Below are positions 1-10,681 of a stretch of 64,000 nt of DNA, piece by piece (position 1 is the first letter of the stretch; every line of letters begins with the position of its first letter). Below the pieces are notes generated by a model. It had not been told where the DNA came from, did not search any database, and worked only from the letters and a program-made list of their open reading frames with translations. Made by a program: the position numbers and the translations under genes. This stretch comes from Selaginella moellendorffii (taxonomy: Eukaryota; Plantae; Lycopodiophyta): positions 62,001 through 126,000 of the forward strand of contig NW_003314316.1 of the NCBI RefSeq assembly GCF_000143415.4. Direction: 5' to 3'.

Positions 1-183
1 GAAAGAAGAAGCTTCCCTTCCTCCTTTCCCTTCCCCATCTCAACCTAAGCCCTTACTGTCTAGCCTATTCTTGCAAATCCACACCACTTCTCTGCACTGC
101 TTCTATGGTTCATGCCACAAATCATTGTACACCACTAATGGATTGGAAAAACCAGAGCCCTAGAAAAGAGAATCTTTTGATCC

Positions 184-283
184 CTCTGATACCATGATGG
201 AACAGGTGTAAAGGAATAGTACTTGACATATATTGGTACAGCACTTCTCACCTTATATACACACCCTTTGATCTCTCCTTGAA
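184..283 (-). mobile_element. LTR-retrotransposon remnant: tRNA-iMet primer binding site plus adjoining truncated LTR; element body extends left out of the window
   Basis: 184-194 reads TGGTATCAGAG on the minus strand, directly after ...ATCA (LTR 3' end CA). Homology to the duplicated block starts at ~284, which truncates the LTR. Confidence 0.6.
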
Positions 284-600
284 GTCACTTGAATGTTCTT
301 CCCAACTCATTATTGAGAAAGTTCAAAAAGCCACCAAGTTTTTTTTTTATGTGGCAGGGGTAGTGTATTCTCAGCTAGAGTTGCGGCAACAACAACGCAA
401 TCCAAACATTTCCACTGGAAGGGCATGCACAAAGACATACGAACGTAGATAGTGCATTGTCTCGTCTGTCAACAAATTGAGACAGTTTGTGGGTCTCCCT
501 TCAATCTAGCCCAAGGATGCAACCTTTGTTATCGTTGTCAACATTTTCAGCAGAGAAGGTTGCAAACAAATTTACAGTATGTATGAGAAGGTTACACTCT
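284..600 (+). pseudogene. Ty3/gypsy integrase zinc-finger relic (duplicate of ~17499-17920)
   Basis: Near-identical to 17499-17920, which encodes FHWKGMHKDIRTWIVHCLVCQR (integrase Zn-binding C-x2-C region). Confidence 0.65.
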
Positions 601-1126
601 TTAGTAAATAATATAATATTTTTTATTTTTAAAAATAAAATAATTTGCTGTGTGTTGCATGTAGTTTTGTAATCGTAATGTTATTTTTATTATTAATCCA
701 ATGAAAGTTATAATTATAAACATGTTTATAATTTATAAACACAAGATTATTCTTATTGCATATCAACCATTAAATGGTAGAATAAAAATGAGTATACTAG
801 AAAGTGTTTAAGAAAGTTTATAAATTATAAATGCAAGATTAATTTAAATGAATAACAACCATTAGATGGTAGAATATCCTAGAATATCTAAGCATATTTT
901 AGGTATATTCACTACCATCCCACTACTTTAAGAAACCAAAAATTCATTGCTTAAGCAAAACCTGAATGGTAGTGAATATGCCTAAAATATGTTTAATATT
1001 CTAGGATATTAACGGGTGTTATTTAGTTAGATTAATCTAAACTTTCTTAACACATTCTAGTATATTTTTGGTTTGTTTAAGTAAGCCTACAGGGGGACTG
1101 GGATGATAGTAGATATACCTAGAATA

Positions 1127-1501
1127 TGTCAGGAATCCCTCAATTCTTGCTACATTCCTGACTTTTGCCGGATTCCTGACCTGCAGACCACATTCCTAAC
1201 TCTCGAGACACTTCCCTATCCCTAACTCTCGAGACACTTCCCTATTCCTGACTCTCTGATTTCTGAGTCTTGAGCCACATTCCTGATGATGATGTGGCAC
1301 TTATTCGACCTCAACTATATTTAGGCCATCCTCGATCCAAGAGTGGTGGAGCTTTATCAACCTATAGTATATATAGGTTAGCCTTGTTCCATTTCTCTAC
1401 AATCTGAATCAACACCAGTCAAAGGCCTCTTCTTTCTTTCCACTAGCTTTTCTCTTTGTCTTTTGCATTTTCCAGTCTTGATCTTGTTGGGGGTCTTGAC
1501 A
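1127..1501 (+). repeat. 5' LTR (375 bp, includes a 26-bp tandem duplication at 1195-1246)
   Basis: TGTCAGG...CTTGACA; matches 6311-6659; TATATATA at 1368-1375. Confidence 0.97.
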
Positions 1502-1503
1502 AT

Positions 1504-1518
1504 TTGATTCAGATTGTG
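1504..1518 (+). promoter_or_regulatory. Self-priming primer binding site, complementary to the LTR R-region start
   Basis: TTGATTCAGATTGT (1504-1517) is the exact reverse complement of ACAATCTGAATCAA (1399-1412). No TGG-initiated tRNA-type PBS is present. Confidence 0.85.
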
Positions 1519-1596
1519 TTTTTTGCTTTTGCTTTAGCTCGTTTCGATTGTTTGATTGCCTTTTTCTTTTTCCCCCCTTTTTCTTTCTTCTTGCCG

Positions 1597-2556
1597 ATGG
1601 AGTCTCCAAGCCATCCTGATTTCTTTGCCGAAGTCCTTGCAAAAATTCAGTTTGAGAATACCGAGCTGAAGGTGACCCTTCTTCGCATGCAGCAAGAGCT
1701 TACTTCACTTTTGGCTCAAGGATCCAACAAAGTCCCTGAACCAAAGGTGAGTTTCCTGGCGAAATTTTCAGGCAAGCGTTCGGAGCTTCGCGGATTTCTG
1801 AACCAGATGGAGCTGATCTTTGCACTTCAACATTGGCAGTACCCCACTCCCGAGTCTCAAATCGGCGTGATTGAGACGTTGCTCGAAGGTACAGTTTTGT
1901 CATGGTTTTCTCCTCTTTTGGAGAAGAGCATGAAAGGGGTCATGGTTCCAGAGTTCAATTGTTCAAAGAGAAGCTCGAAGCATGTTTTGGCAAGACGAAT
2001 CGGGTTCGGGCTGCTACCACAAAGGTGAGACATTTCTCTCAAGGGTCTTATTCTGCCTCGATCTACACTGCAGAGTTCCAACTCCTTGCCTTGGACACTC
2101 AGTGGGATGAGCGGGCCCTGATTGACCAATTTCGTTTTGGCCTCAACAACGGTATCAAGGATTTGTTGCTCACCATGGAGGATCCCAAGGACCTATTGGA
2201 CGCCATCAACAAAGCTGTTCGATGTGACAATCGTCTTTTTGAACGTCGTCAGGAAAGTCGCCGCACCGCTGTTTTTCCGTCCCAGACTCAGGAATCCCAG
2301 CTTGAGTCTTCGGGGCATACTCCTAAACCTACTACTCTGGTCCCGATGGATATTTCTGGTACTCCCCGACTCATCAAAGGGAAGTTGAGTCCTACTGAGA
2401 AGCAACGTCGAATATCTCATAATTGTTGCCTCTACTGTGATGATCCTAACTACAAAGCAGCTATGTCCCAAGAAGCCTCTCCGACTGCTCGAGTTCACCC
2501 TGCCTCAAAGTCCACCTCTGTTGCAATCGGGAAACGACCCTATCCAAACAGAGTAG
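1597..2556 (+). pseudogene. Gag (PEG10/RTL1/Tf-like capsid plus degenerate zinc knuckle), frameshifted
   Basis: PEPKVS..KFSGKRSELRGFLNQM, LLEGTVLSWF, QGSYSASIYTAEF, FRFGL, CLYCDDPNYKAA-CPKK; native gag-frame stop TAG at 2554-2556. Confidence 0.9.
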
Positions 2557-5500
2557 GAGGTGTTTGTTTAGACTCCCCGAATAAAAATCACTTTTCTTCT
2601 TTACCAAGCTCCTCACCACCTTTCATCAAAGCCACCACCAATTCCCGCAACTTCTGCGTCCCATATCTCCTTTCTTTCACCGGACAATCCAGGCTCAAGG
2701 CTCTGGCGCTACTGGACTCGGGTGCAACTTCCTACTTCATGGACACGGACTTTGCTACCCGACATCACGTTCCTCTTTCTCCTACCATATGGGATCTAAG
2801 GGTTGAAGGCATCGGTGGGCATTTTGTGTCTCCATCTTCTAGACTTAGGGAAATGTTGCCTGTTCGAGTACACATCGGGTCCACCATCACCGATATCACC
2901 TTCAACATCATCAATAGCAAGTCCTCCTCTGTGGTGCTCGGTCTTCCTTGGTTCCAACTACATCAGCCTCAGATCTGTTGGAAGGAATTACAGCTCATCT
3001 CTCCCACATCACCATCTCCCACGGCTTCCCCTGCTGTTCATCGAGTCCGAATTAGGAAAAGTTCCCTAAACTCAAATCAGGGTTCTTTTCTTGACTCTAC
3101 GAAGTTTTCACCCTCTTCTTTTTCCTCTCTTCCATCTTACACTGGACAGTATCTTCATCTCATCATTCCATTTAGTCATACACCTCCTTCTATCTCCACA
3201 ATCACTATGAAAGAACTCCTTCATGAAGAACTTATTTTCCTTTTTGCTTTGCATGTTTCTTTTGTCAGCCTTCCTGAGAAGTATCATGATTTTGGGGATG
3301 TGTTTGACAAGAAAAAAGCTAGTGTACTACCTGTTTATCAGCCTTATGACTATCCCATTGATTTATAGAAAGGAGCATCACCTCCATAGGGGCCTATCTA
3401 TGGGTTATCCCCGTCCGAGCTTAAGGCCCTCAAAGAGTACGTGGATGAGAACCTTGCCTCGGGGTACATTCAGCATTCGCAGTCCCCGATTGGAGCGCCT
3501 ATCATCTTTGTCAAGAAGAAGGATGGGAGTTTGCGGCTAGTCATCGACTACCGAGGTTTGAACAAGGTGATTGTTTGGAACCGTTATCCGCTACCCCTGA
3601 TCTCGGACCTGTTGGAACGCCTCGCGGTGCCCGCTTCTTCACCAAGATTGACCTCCGTGGAGCATACAACCTGATCCGGATCCGGCCTGATGATGAATGG
3701 AAGACTACGTTCTGAACCCGCTATGCCCACTTCAAGTACACTATCATGCCATTTGGCTTGACAAATGCTCCAGAAATTTTCCAACACATGGCGAACGACG
3801 TCTTTCGGGAGTTTCTTGATCAAATGGTGATCGTCTACCTCGATGACATCCTCATCTACTCAAAAACTCAAGAGGAGCACGATGAACATGCACGCAAGGT
3901 GCTGGCGAAGTTGCGAGAACACGGCCTATACGCGAAGCTTGAGAAATGTTCCTTCGATCAGCAGTTTGTGGAGTTCCTTGGGTACATTGTCACTCCTGAG
4001 GGTATCACAATGGATCCTGCCAAAGTCAAGACTATTCTCGAATGGGAGTCTCCACAATCAATGTCGAACGTTCAGGTTTTCCTTGGCTTCGCCAACTTCT
4101 ACCGCAAATTCATTGATCACTACTCTGACATTGTCCTTCCTCTCACGCATCTCACTCGCAAGGATGTTCCCTTCTCTTGGTCTGCTGCTGCCCAGTAGGC
4201 CTTCGACACACTCAAGGTGGCCTTCAGTTCTGCTCCCGTCTTGATCCATGCTGATTCCTCACAACCTTTCTTCATTGAGGCTGACGCCTCCGACTTTGCC
4301 ATCGGTGCTGTGCTGTCTCAACTCGGAGCGGATCAAGAACTTCATCCGGTCGCTTTCCATTCTCGGAAATTCTAGCCTGCGGAGATCAATTACGAAATCC
4401 ACAACAAGGAGCTCCTTGCCATCATGGATTCCTTTGGAGAGTGGCGCCGTTTCTTGGAAGGGGCGGGCCATCAAACAACAGTCTGGACGGATCACAAAAA
4501 TCTCAAGTACTTTGCCACTTCCCGAGTTTTAAGCCGTCACCAAGCAAGGTGGGCACAATTCCTGAGTCGGTTTGACTTTGTTATCAAGTACAAACCTGGA
4601 AAGCTTCAAGGCCTTCCTGATGCTCTTTCAAGGCGCTCCTATCTCAATCTCAGGCCTGGTAATCCTGCCTTCGATCAACAGGATCAAGTTATTCTTGGTC
4701 CTGATCGACTTCAAGTTATGGCAATTTCCCTGGCCCCTCAGGACTCCTCCTTGATGGATGTGATCAGAAACGATCTTCAATCCGATGACCTTGCTAGCGA
4801 CATTTTCCCCCATCTTCAGGCTGAACACCCAGTGACTCCCGACTGCCGGCGATTTGACGAGTTCGAGTTCTTAGATGGCTTATTGTACCGTGGGGAGCAA
4901 CTTTATGTTCCTGAAGGTGATGCTCGAAGATTGGTCCTGATAGCGTGCCACGATAGCCCAACTGCTGGTCACTTTAGCATTGCGAAAACCTATGAGCTAG
5001 TTGCATGGGACTTTTGGTGGCCTCACATGGACAACTACATCAAAGCTTTTGTTACCTCCTGTGACACTTGCGCCCGGAATAAGGTACCTCGCCACCTTCC
5101 TTCAGGTTTGTTTCGTTCCCTCCTGGTCCCTTCAGGTCCTTGGGAATCTATCTCTATGGATTTCTTGAGTGATCTTCCGAGTTCTGGAGGCTTCAACAGC
5201 ATTTTAGTCGTGGTGGATCGCTTCACAAAGATGGCACACTTCTTGCCATGTACCAAGGAGTTTTTGGGCGAGGACATGGCAAAACTGGTATTTCGGGAAA
5301 TTTTCCGACTTTATGGGATTCTTACAGATGTGGTTTCGGATCGGGGGCCTCAGTTCATCTTTCATTTCTGGCAACAGTTTTTGCAGCTGCTTGGAGTGAA
5401 GGCCAACCTCTCTTCAGTGTATCGTCCTCAAACTAATGGACAGTCCGAGCGAACGATTCAGACGTTAGAACAATTCTTGAGGTGCTTCATCAACTATCAT

Positions 5501-6300
5501 CAGGATAACTAGCTCGATATCCTTCCCTTTGCTAAGTTCTACTATAACAACTCTGTTCACTCCTCTTTTCGAATTTCCCCTTTCTTTGCGAACTCTGGCC
5601 GAAATCCCCGATTCAATCTCTCACTTCCTTCTCCATCTGAATCCTCTCGTTCCAATCCCCGCTCTGAGGCATTTGTCTCCAACCTCCAGGAAATCCACAA
5701 TTTCATCTCCTTCCACCTCCATCGTGCTCAGGAATCTCACAAAACATTTGCCAATGTCCATCGTCAGGATTGTCCCCCTTACAATATTGGGGATAAAGTC
5801 TGGCTCCTCAAGCGAAATATCTCCACCACCAAGCCTTGTCCAAAACTTGATTTCAAACGCTTCAGTCCTTTCCCTATCACTGCCATCATTAATCCTGTCA
5901 CTTATCGCCTTGCACTTCCCTCCTCATATCAAATTCACCCCATTTTTCACTCCTCTCTCCTTGAGCCTTATATTCCCAGTCCTATTCCAAATTGGGTCAT
6001 TCCTCCGCCTCCACCAGTGCAACTCGAGGATGGGTTTGAGTACGAGGTTCAGGACATCCTTGATTCCAAGATTTCACGGTCTAAACTCTACTATCTGGTC
6101 GACTGGAACGGTTACAGACCTGAGGAACGCACTTGGGAACCTGCGGACAACCTGATTCATTCTCCTAACTTTGTTCAGGACTTCCACCACCACTATCCTT
6201 CTTGTCCTAGTCCTCATTCTTTTTCTCCATCTCCCATCCCTCGCCGCTCATTTCATCCTCCTCGTCATTCTTGTTCATCCTCGTTCCACTCGTTCTTGAG
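2529..6300 (+). pseudogene. Pol (protease, RT, RNase H, integrase, chromodomain) with multiple stops and frameshifts
   Basis: ALLDSGAT; MPFGLTNAP and [10 protein letters not shown]; EADASDFAIGAVLSQ; HDSPTAGH..CDTC, SMDF, VSDRGPQF, NGQSER; chromodomain EYEVQDILDS..YYLVDWNGY..ERTWEP. Stops at 3366, 4196, 4373 and 5510. Confidence 0.95.
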
Positions 6301-6310
6301 GAGGGGGTGC

Positions 6311-6659
6311 TGTCAGGAATCCCCCAATTCTTGCTACATTCCTGACTCTCGTCGGATTCCTGACCTGTAGACCACATTCCTGACTTTCGAGACACTTCCC
6401 TATTCTTAACTCTCTGATTCCTGAGTCTTGAACCACATTCCTGATGATGATGTGGCGCCTCCTCAACCTCAGCTATATTTAAACCGTCCTCGATCCAAGA
6501 GTGGTGGAACTTCATCAACTTATAGTATATATAGGTTAGCCTTGTTCCATTTCTCCACAATCTGAATCAACACCAGTCAAAGGCCTCTTCTTTCTTTCCA
6601 CTAGCTTTTCTCTTTGTCTTTTGCATTTTCCAGTCTTGATCTTGTTGGGGGTCTTGACA
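6311..6659 (+). repeat. 3' LTR (349 bp)
   Basis: Matches 1127-1501 minus the 26-bp duplication; preceded by the PPT. Confidence 0.97.
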
Positions 6660-7854
6660 GAATATGCTTGAATATTTTAGGATATTCTACCATCTAATTG
6701 TTATTATTCATTTAGATTAATCTTTGTATTTATAATTTATACACATGTTTATAATTTATAAAATTTCTTAAACCCTTTCTAGTATTTAATCTGGTGTTTA
6801 TAAATTAGAAATATGCTTATAATTATAAAATTTATTTGATAAATTCGATTAATAAGTAAGAATAACACTACTATTAAGCAAACTAAGCATTACTACATGC
6901 AATGCATAGCAATTTACTATTTATTCTAATGGTTGATATGAAATGATTTATAAATTATAAACATGTTTATAATTATAGATTAATTGGATTATTCAAAAAT
7001 ATTAAATAAGAATAACACTATTATTAAGCAAACCAAGCATTGCTACATACAATGTGTAGCAAATTATTTTAATGTGGAGATGTTAAAATTTAACTTGGAT
7101 AAAGGTTAAGCTAGTAAAGTTTCCCATTTTTAATTCAACTCTATAAGGCTGAAAAGATGAAATAAAAATTCCTTGGATATTTAACTTCACATTTATTACA
7201 CATATCATCTGTATATTAGTTTTTAAGTTATTTACTAAATTCTTCATTAATTCTCTTTCTACTTTTCCACCATAATTTGATGAATATAAATTTAGAAATC
7301 GTTTAATTTTAATACAGAAATTTCTATTCTCAAATTGACTAAAACTGTTGAAGTAAAATTTTCAGGATACCAAGTACAATGCTTGGTTTTCTTAATAGTA
7401 GTGTTATTTTTATTTATTAATCTAATTGATTAAATAAATTTTATAATTATAAGCATGTTTGTAATTTATAAACACAAGATTAATCTTATTGCATATAAAC
7501 CATTAGATGATAGAATAAAAAAGAATATCTTAGGGTTTAAGAAAGTTTATAAATTATAAACATTTTTTATAAATTATAAATACAAGATTAATCTAAATGA
7601 ATACCTAGAATATCCAAGCATATTCCAGACATCCTCCTGGTTTGCTTAATATAACAATCCAAAATTTAGCAAGCATAAAAGTTACTGTTTGGATTGCTAG
7701 AAATATAAACCTTCTTCTTTCTTAGAAATATCCTTAAAACCTAACAACATGGAAAAAGCGAATAAATATTCAAAGATGGATTGATCAACAAAAAGAGTTT
7801 ACCCACAGCTCTTTCAGCGAGCCTGCTGATCCAGCTCCTGGCGCATGTAGTTCA

Positions 7855-7997
7855 CACATACAAAGGATGGATCATCTCTTGATAACTTAATAAACAGTTT
7901 TTAAGCGTTTAAACCACCTGATAGGAGGCATGCAGGCTAAAAGCGGCGAATGGTGACCCCTGCCTTGGCCTTGTCCTTGAGAGTCATGGCCCAGACC
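7855..7997 (-). pseudogene. Truncated 3' end of a DUF4419 gene (last ~17 codons plus 3' UTR)
   Basis: Near-identical to 18548-18689 (VWAMTLKDKAKA..VTIRRF*); homology stops abruptly at ~7997. Confidence 0.85.
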
Positions 7998-8080
7998 AAA
8001 AAACAGTTTGTTTGAGGAGGATAAGAAATACTCGCTAAGATTGAGAATAAAATCACAATAGTCAATGATACAGCAACTGA

Positions 8081-9112
8081 TCACCTATAAATGAGCTCCT
8101 CAGGTCTATATCGCTTGAGTGCCCTGCCAGTTTCAGCACACCTATGATAGACAGGCGGGCGAGGGGCGAACATCACCCGCGTCTCCTCATCTATATCCCA
8201 TTGGAACCCCGGACAAGCGCGAGTGAAGATGCTAGGCAGGTTCGAGAGACAGCCCTTCGTCTCAGGCGAGGTTACCAGGTTGTAGTCGTGGCACAGGTCA
8301 CAGAGAATCCCCAGTCCCTGGCTCCTGCTCCACGCCTTGCACACGTACATGCGTGGCCAGTCCATCCACGCGAAGTGCCATTCGTCTTTGAGGTCCGTGA
8401 TCACTATCCACGGCTTGAGGGTGCGGCATCTGATGTTCACTCCCACCAACATCACGAGAGCCCTCCAGATGTCCACCTCGCCAATCTCTTCCTTCATATA
8501 ATAGCCCGTGATGATGTCCTCGGCCACACTCATGTGCATGAGCATCGCGTCCAGTTTGAAGCAGAGGGTGTAGGGGAACTCGTCCGGGGTTGTGGTCGAT
8601 ATCTCCTCCATGAATGTGCCCTCATCGTTAGCTACATGCTCCAGCCTGTAAAAACGGGGAACTTTGGCACCCTCCACCAGGTACTCCATCGTGTCCCCTG
8701 GCCTCCTGCTATTCCACCCTGCGAAGGCTTGGCTCTCAATTTCCTCCCGCGGTTCTAGCCACCCTTCCCCTCTAATGAGCTCGATCTTCGCCGCGGCGAG
8801 GACTAGCTGACAGCCTCCAAGTGCCATGAGACGGACCTCACAGACCTGGTGATGAATGCTACCACGTATTCCAACAAAATCATTCGGGCGGAATGTTAGC
8901 TCGTCTCCTGGAAAGATGACATCGTCACGTTCCAGAGGACGGCCGTCCCTCACCAAGACGCCTCCGTTCCCCACCTTCGTCCAAAGCCTGTCTATAATCT
9001 TAAGAGCCTGCTCTCCTGCGTCTGGAATCTCAAACAGCTCCAGAAGTGACCCGTCTACGCTCCTCACCTGGCACTTGCCCATCGGATGCGGGAGCACCGG
9101 ATATGACTTCAT
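8081..9112 (-). CDS. Crinkler-type protein: N-terminal ubiquitin/beta-grasp header plus PD-(D/E)XK (REase)-fold domain, probably catalytically inactive; 343 aa
   Basis: Intact ORF with ATG at 9112, downstream of plausible 5'UTR introns (donors 9384 and 9263, acceptors 9275 and 9137). Header GVLVRDGRPLERDDVIFPGDELTF; C-terminal PWIVITDLKDEWHFAW resembles the Crinkler P..LLTDL.D.W.F.W motif. Confidence 0.6.
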   Translation of the reverse strand: MKSYPVLPHPMGKCQVRSVDGSLLELFEIPDAGEQALKIIDRLWTKVGNGGVLVRDGRPLERDDVIFPGDELTFRPNDFVGIRGSIHHQVCEVRLMALGGCQLVLAAAKIELIRGEGWLEPREEIESQAFAGWNSRRPGDTMEYLVEGAKVPRFYRLEHVANDEGTFMEEISTTTPDEFPYTLCFKLDAMLMHMSVAEDIITGYYMKEEIGEVDIWRALVMLVGVNIRCRTLKPWIVITDLKDEWHFAWMDWPRMYVCKAWSRSQGLGILCDLCHDYNLVTSPETKGCLSNLPSIFTRACPGFQWDIDEETRVMFAPRPPVYHRCAETGRALKRYRPEELIYR

Positions 9113-10681
9113 AGTCTTGAGTAGAAAGACGCTAAACTGCAGGCAAGAAGGGCAGAGGATCAATGGGGTGAGCGGCCAACACATAGAGCTAAAATCTTGG
9201 AGTTCATCGAAATCTTTGTCAAGAACACGCCCTTGAGGCGTCCAAGACGGAACACACACGTACCGGATTCCCCCCTGAAGCAATCAGAGCGCCTCGACCT
9301 TTGATTTTTGCATGCACCAAGCTCAGGCTCTACACGTTACGTAGACTTAGTAGTCAGAGAGACAAGTGCAACTTAAGCACTTACCTCAGTAGCCAAACGA
9401 GGTTCGGCACACACTACAGTCCACTCCAAAGACTCCATGTTCAGTAGCATGGTTTCTTTCGTAGAGCCTGTTATAGATATATGAGGTATAAACGGAGCAG
9501 CAGAAAGCCAAACTTACCACCAACAACATAGCACTGGTTTTCAGTGACTGCAGTTGCAAAACGTGCGGCAGGCACGAGGGCAGGACCTTGATCTGGATAC
9601 CTGGACCATTCTCTCTGAAAAACAATTTGGCGACACCATCAGAGCTGCGTCTTACTCCGTGCATACCTCTACGAGATCCAGTGCGTATAGGTTCTTGCAG
9701 AAGCCTGATGAGCCAGCTCCGAAAAGGTACAGATGGTTGCCCTCATGCACAGCAGCATGGAAAGAAAGCGCTGGTGGGATGACGCCACTGCCATGGAGGC
9801 CGCAAGTAAAACAGGAATTGCGGATTGATATATTACCGTGCTTCGATCAGCTCCCACTGATTGCTTCCCAGATCGAGTGCATGTAGCTCACGGCGCAGCT
9901 GACCATGAAAATCCACACCGCCATACACCCATATTTTGCTCCCGATCAGGGTGGTGGAGTGACCACGAGTTGCAACCTATGACTCGAAGATTTAACGACA
10001 AGCTAAAACATCTAGAATGCTTGCTTACCGGAGTGTCTCCCCCCGTCTTCAAACGTGACCACTGATTCGTGTCAAATTGGTACACTGCATACACGGAGAT
10101 TGATGAGCCCAAGGCATGGAAAGGAGGAAAACAAAAGCCACACAGTACCGCGCATCTTTTCATCAGACGGAATGCCAACAACGAGTAAGAGAGTTTTTCC
10201 ACTTGCTACCTGCAAAGCTCGTCGACCGTGTTTAAGCAAAGCCCCCTATAAACAACTTGAAGAATAGCCTCACTCACCACGGAATGGCCGGCGCACGACA
10301 CGGGACAAGGTTGGGCTGTCGACCACCTCAAGCCTCCCAAATCGAAAACCTCCACGAGAGTGTTACTAAGAACCTGAGAAAGATACTTAACTCACCAGCA
10401 CATCGTTCAAGTATCGGTCCGTGCAGCATCCTCCTACCACATACATCTTCTCCTCGATGGCAGCCGCGCCATGCTGCAAGGGATTCAAGGTAAGACACCA
10501 AGCACAAAATAGCATACCTGGGATGCTGCACGGACATGTCGGCCAACATCTATCAACTGCCATTGAGGTGGCGCACCCGCATACAGCCGCTTGAACAAGT
10601 ACCCCACAGCCGCCATGATCACAAAAGGAACACCAAAGAACCCTAGAATTGTGAAAATGAAGAGGAAGAAAGAAGAGAAGA

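Larger units (their letters stand above)
1127..6659 (+). mobile_element. Full-length Ty3/gypsy chromovirus (Tcn1/Tf1-sushi type), degenerate
   Basis: TG...CA LTRs at 1127-1501 and 6311-6659; 5-bp TSD GAATA (1122-1126 / 6660-6664); PPT GAGGAGGGGG 6298-6307; domain order gag-PR-RT-RH-INT-chromodomain. Confidence 0.97.
660..7740. repeat. AT-rich complex repeat made of reiterated sub-units in both orientations (660-1126 and 6665-7740), interrupted by the chromovirus
   Basis: Recurrent AATTATAAACATGTTTATAATTTATAAA and AAATGAATAACAACCATTAGATGGTAGAATATCC motifs. 846-920 is the reverse complement of 1101-1126 joined to 6665-6715. Confidence 0.7.

Noticed and set aside
8144-8758. 204-aa plus-strand ORF, and similar antisense ORFs over DUF4419, PPR, peroxidase and gag-pol
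   Set aside because: Antisense or alternative-frame shadows of GC-rich real coding sequence; no motifs.
9554-9886. 110-aa ORF between the two Crinkler-type genes
   Set aside because: No ATG start and no recognisable motif; cannot be supported, though it could be an exon.
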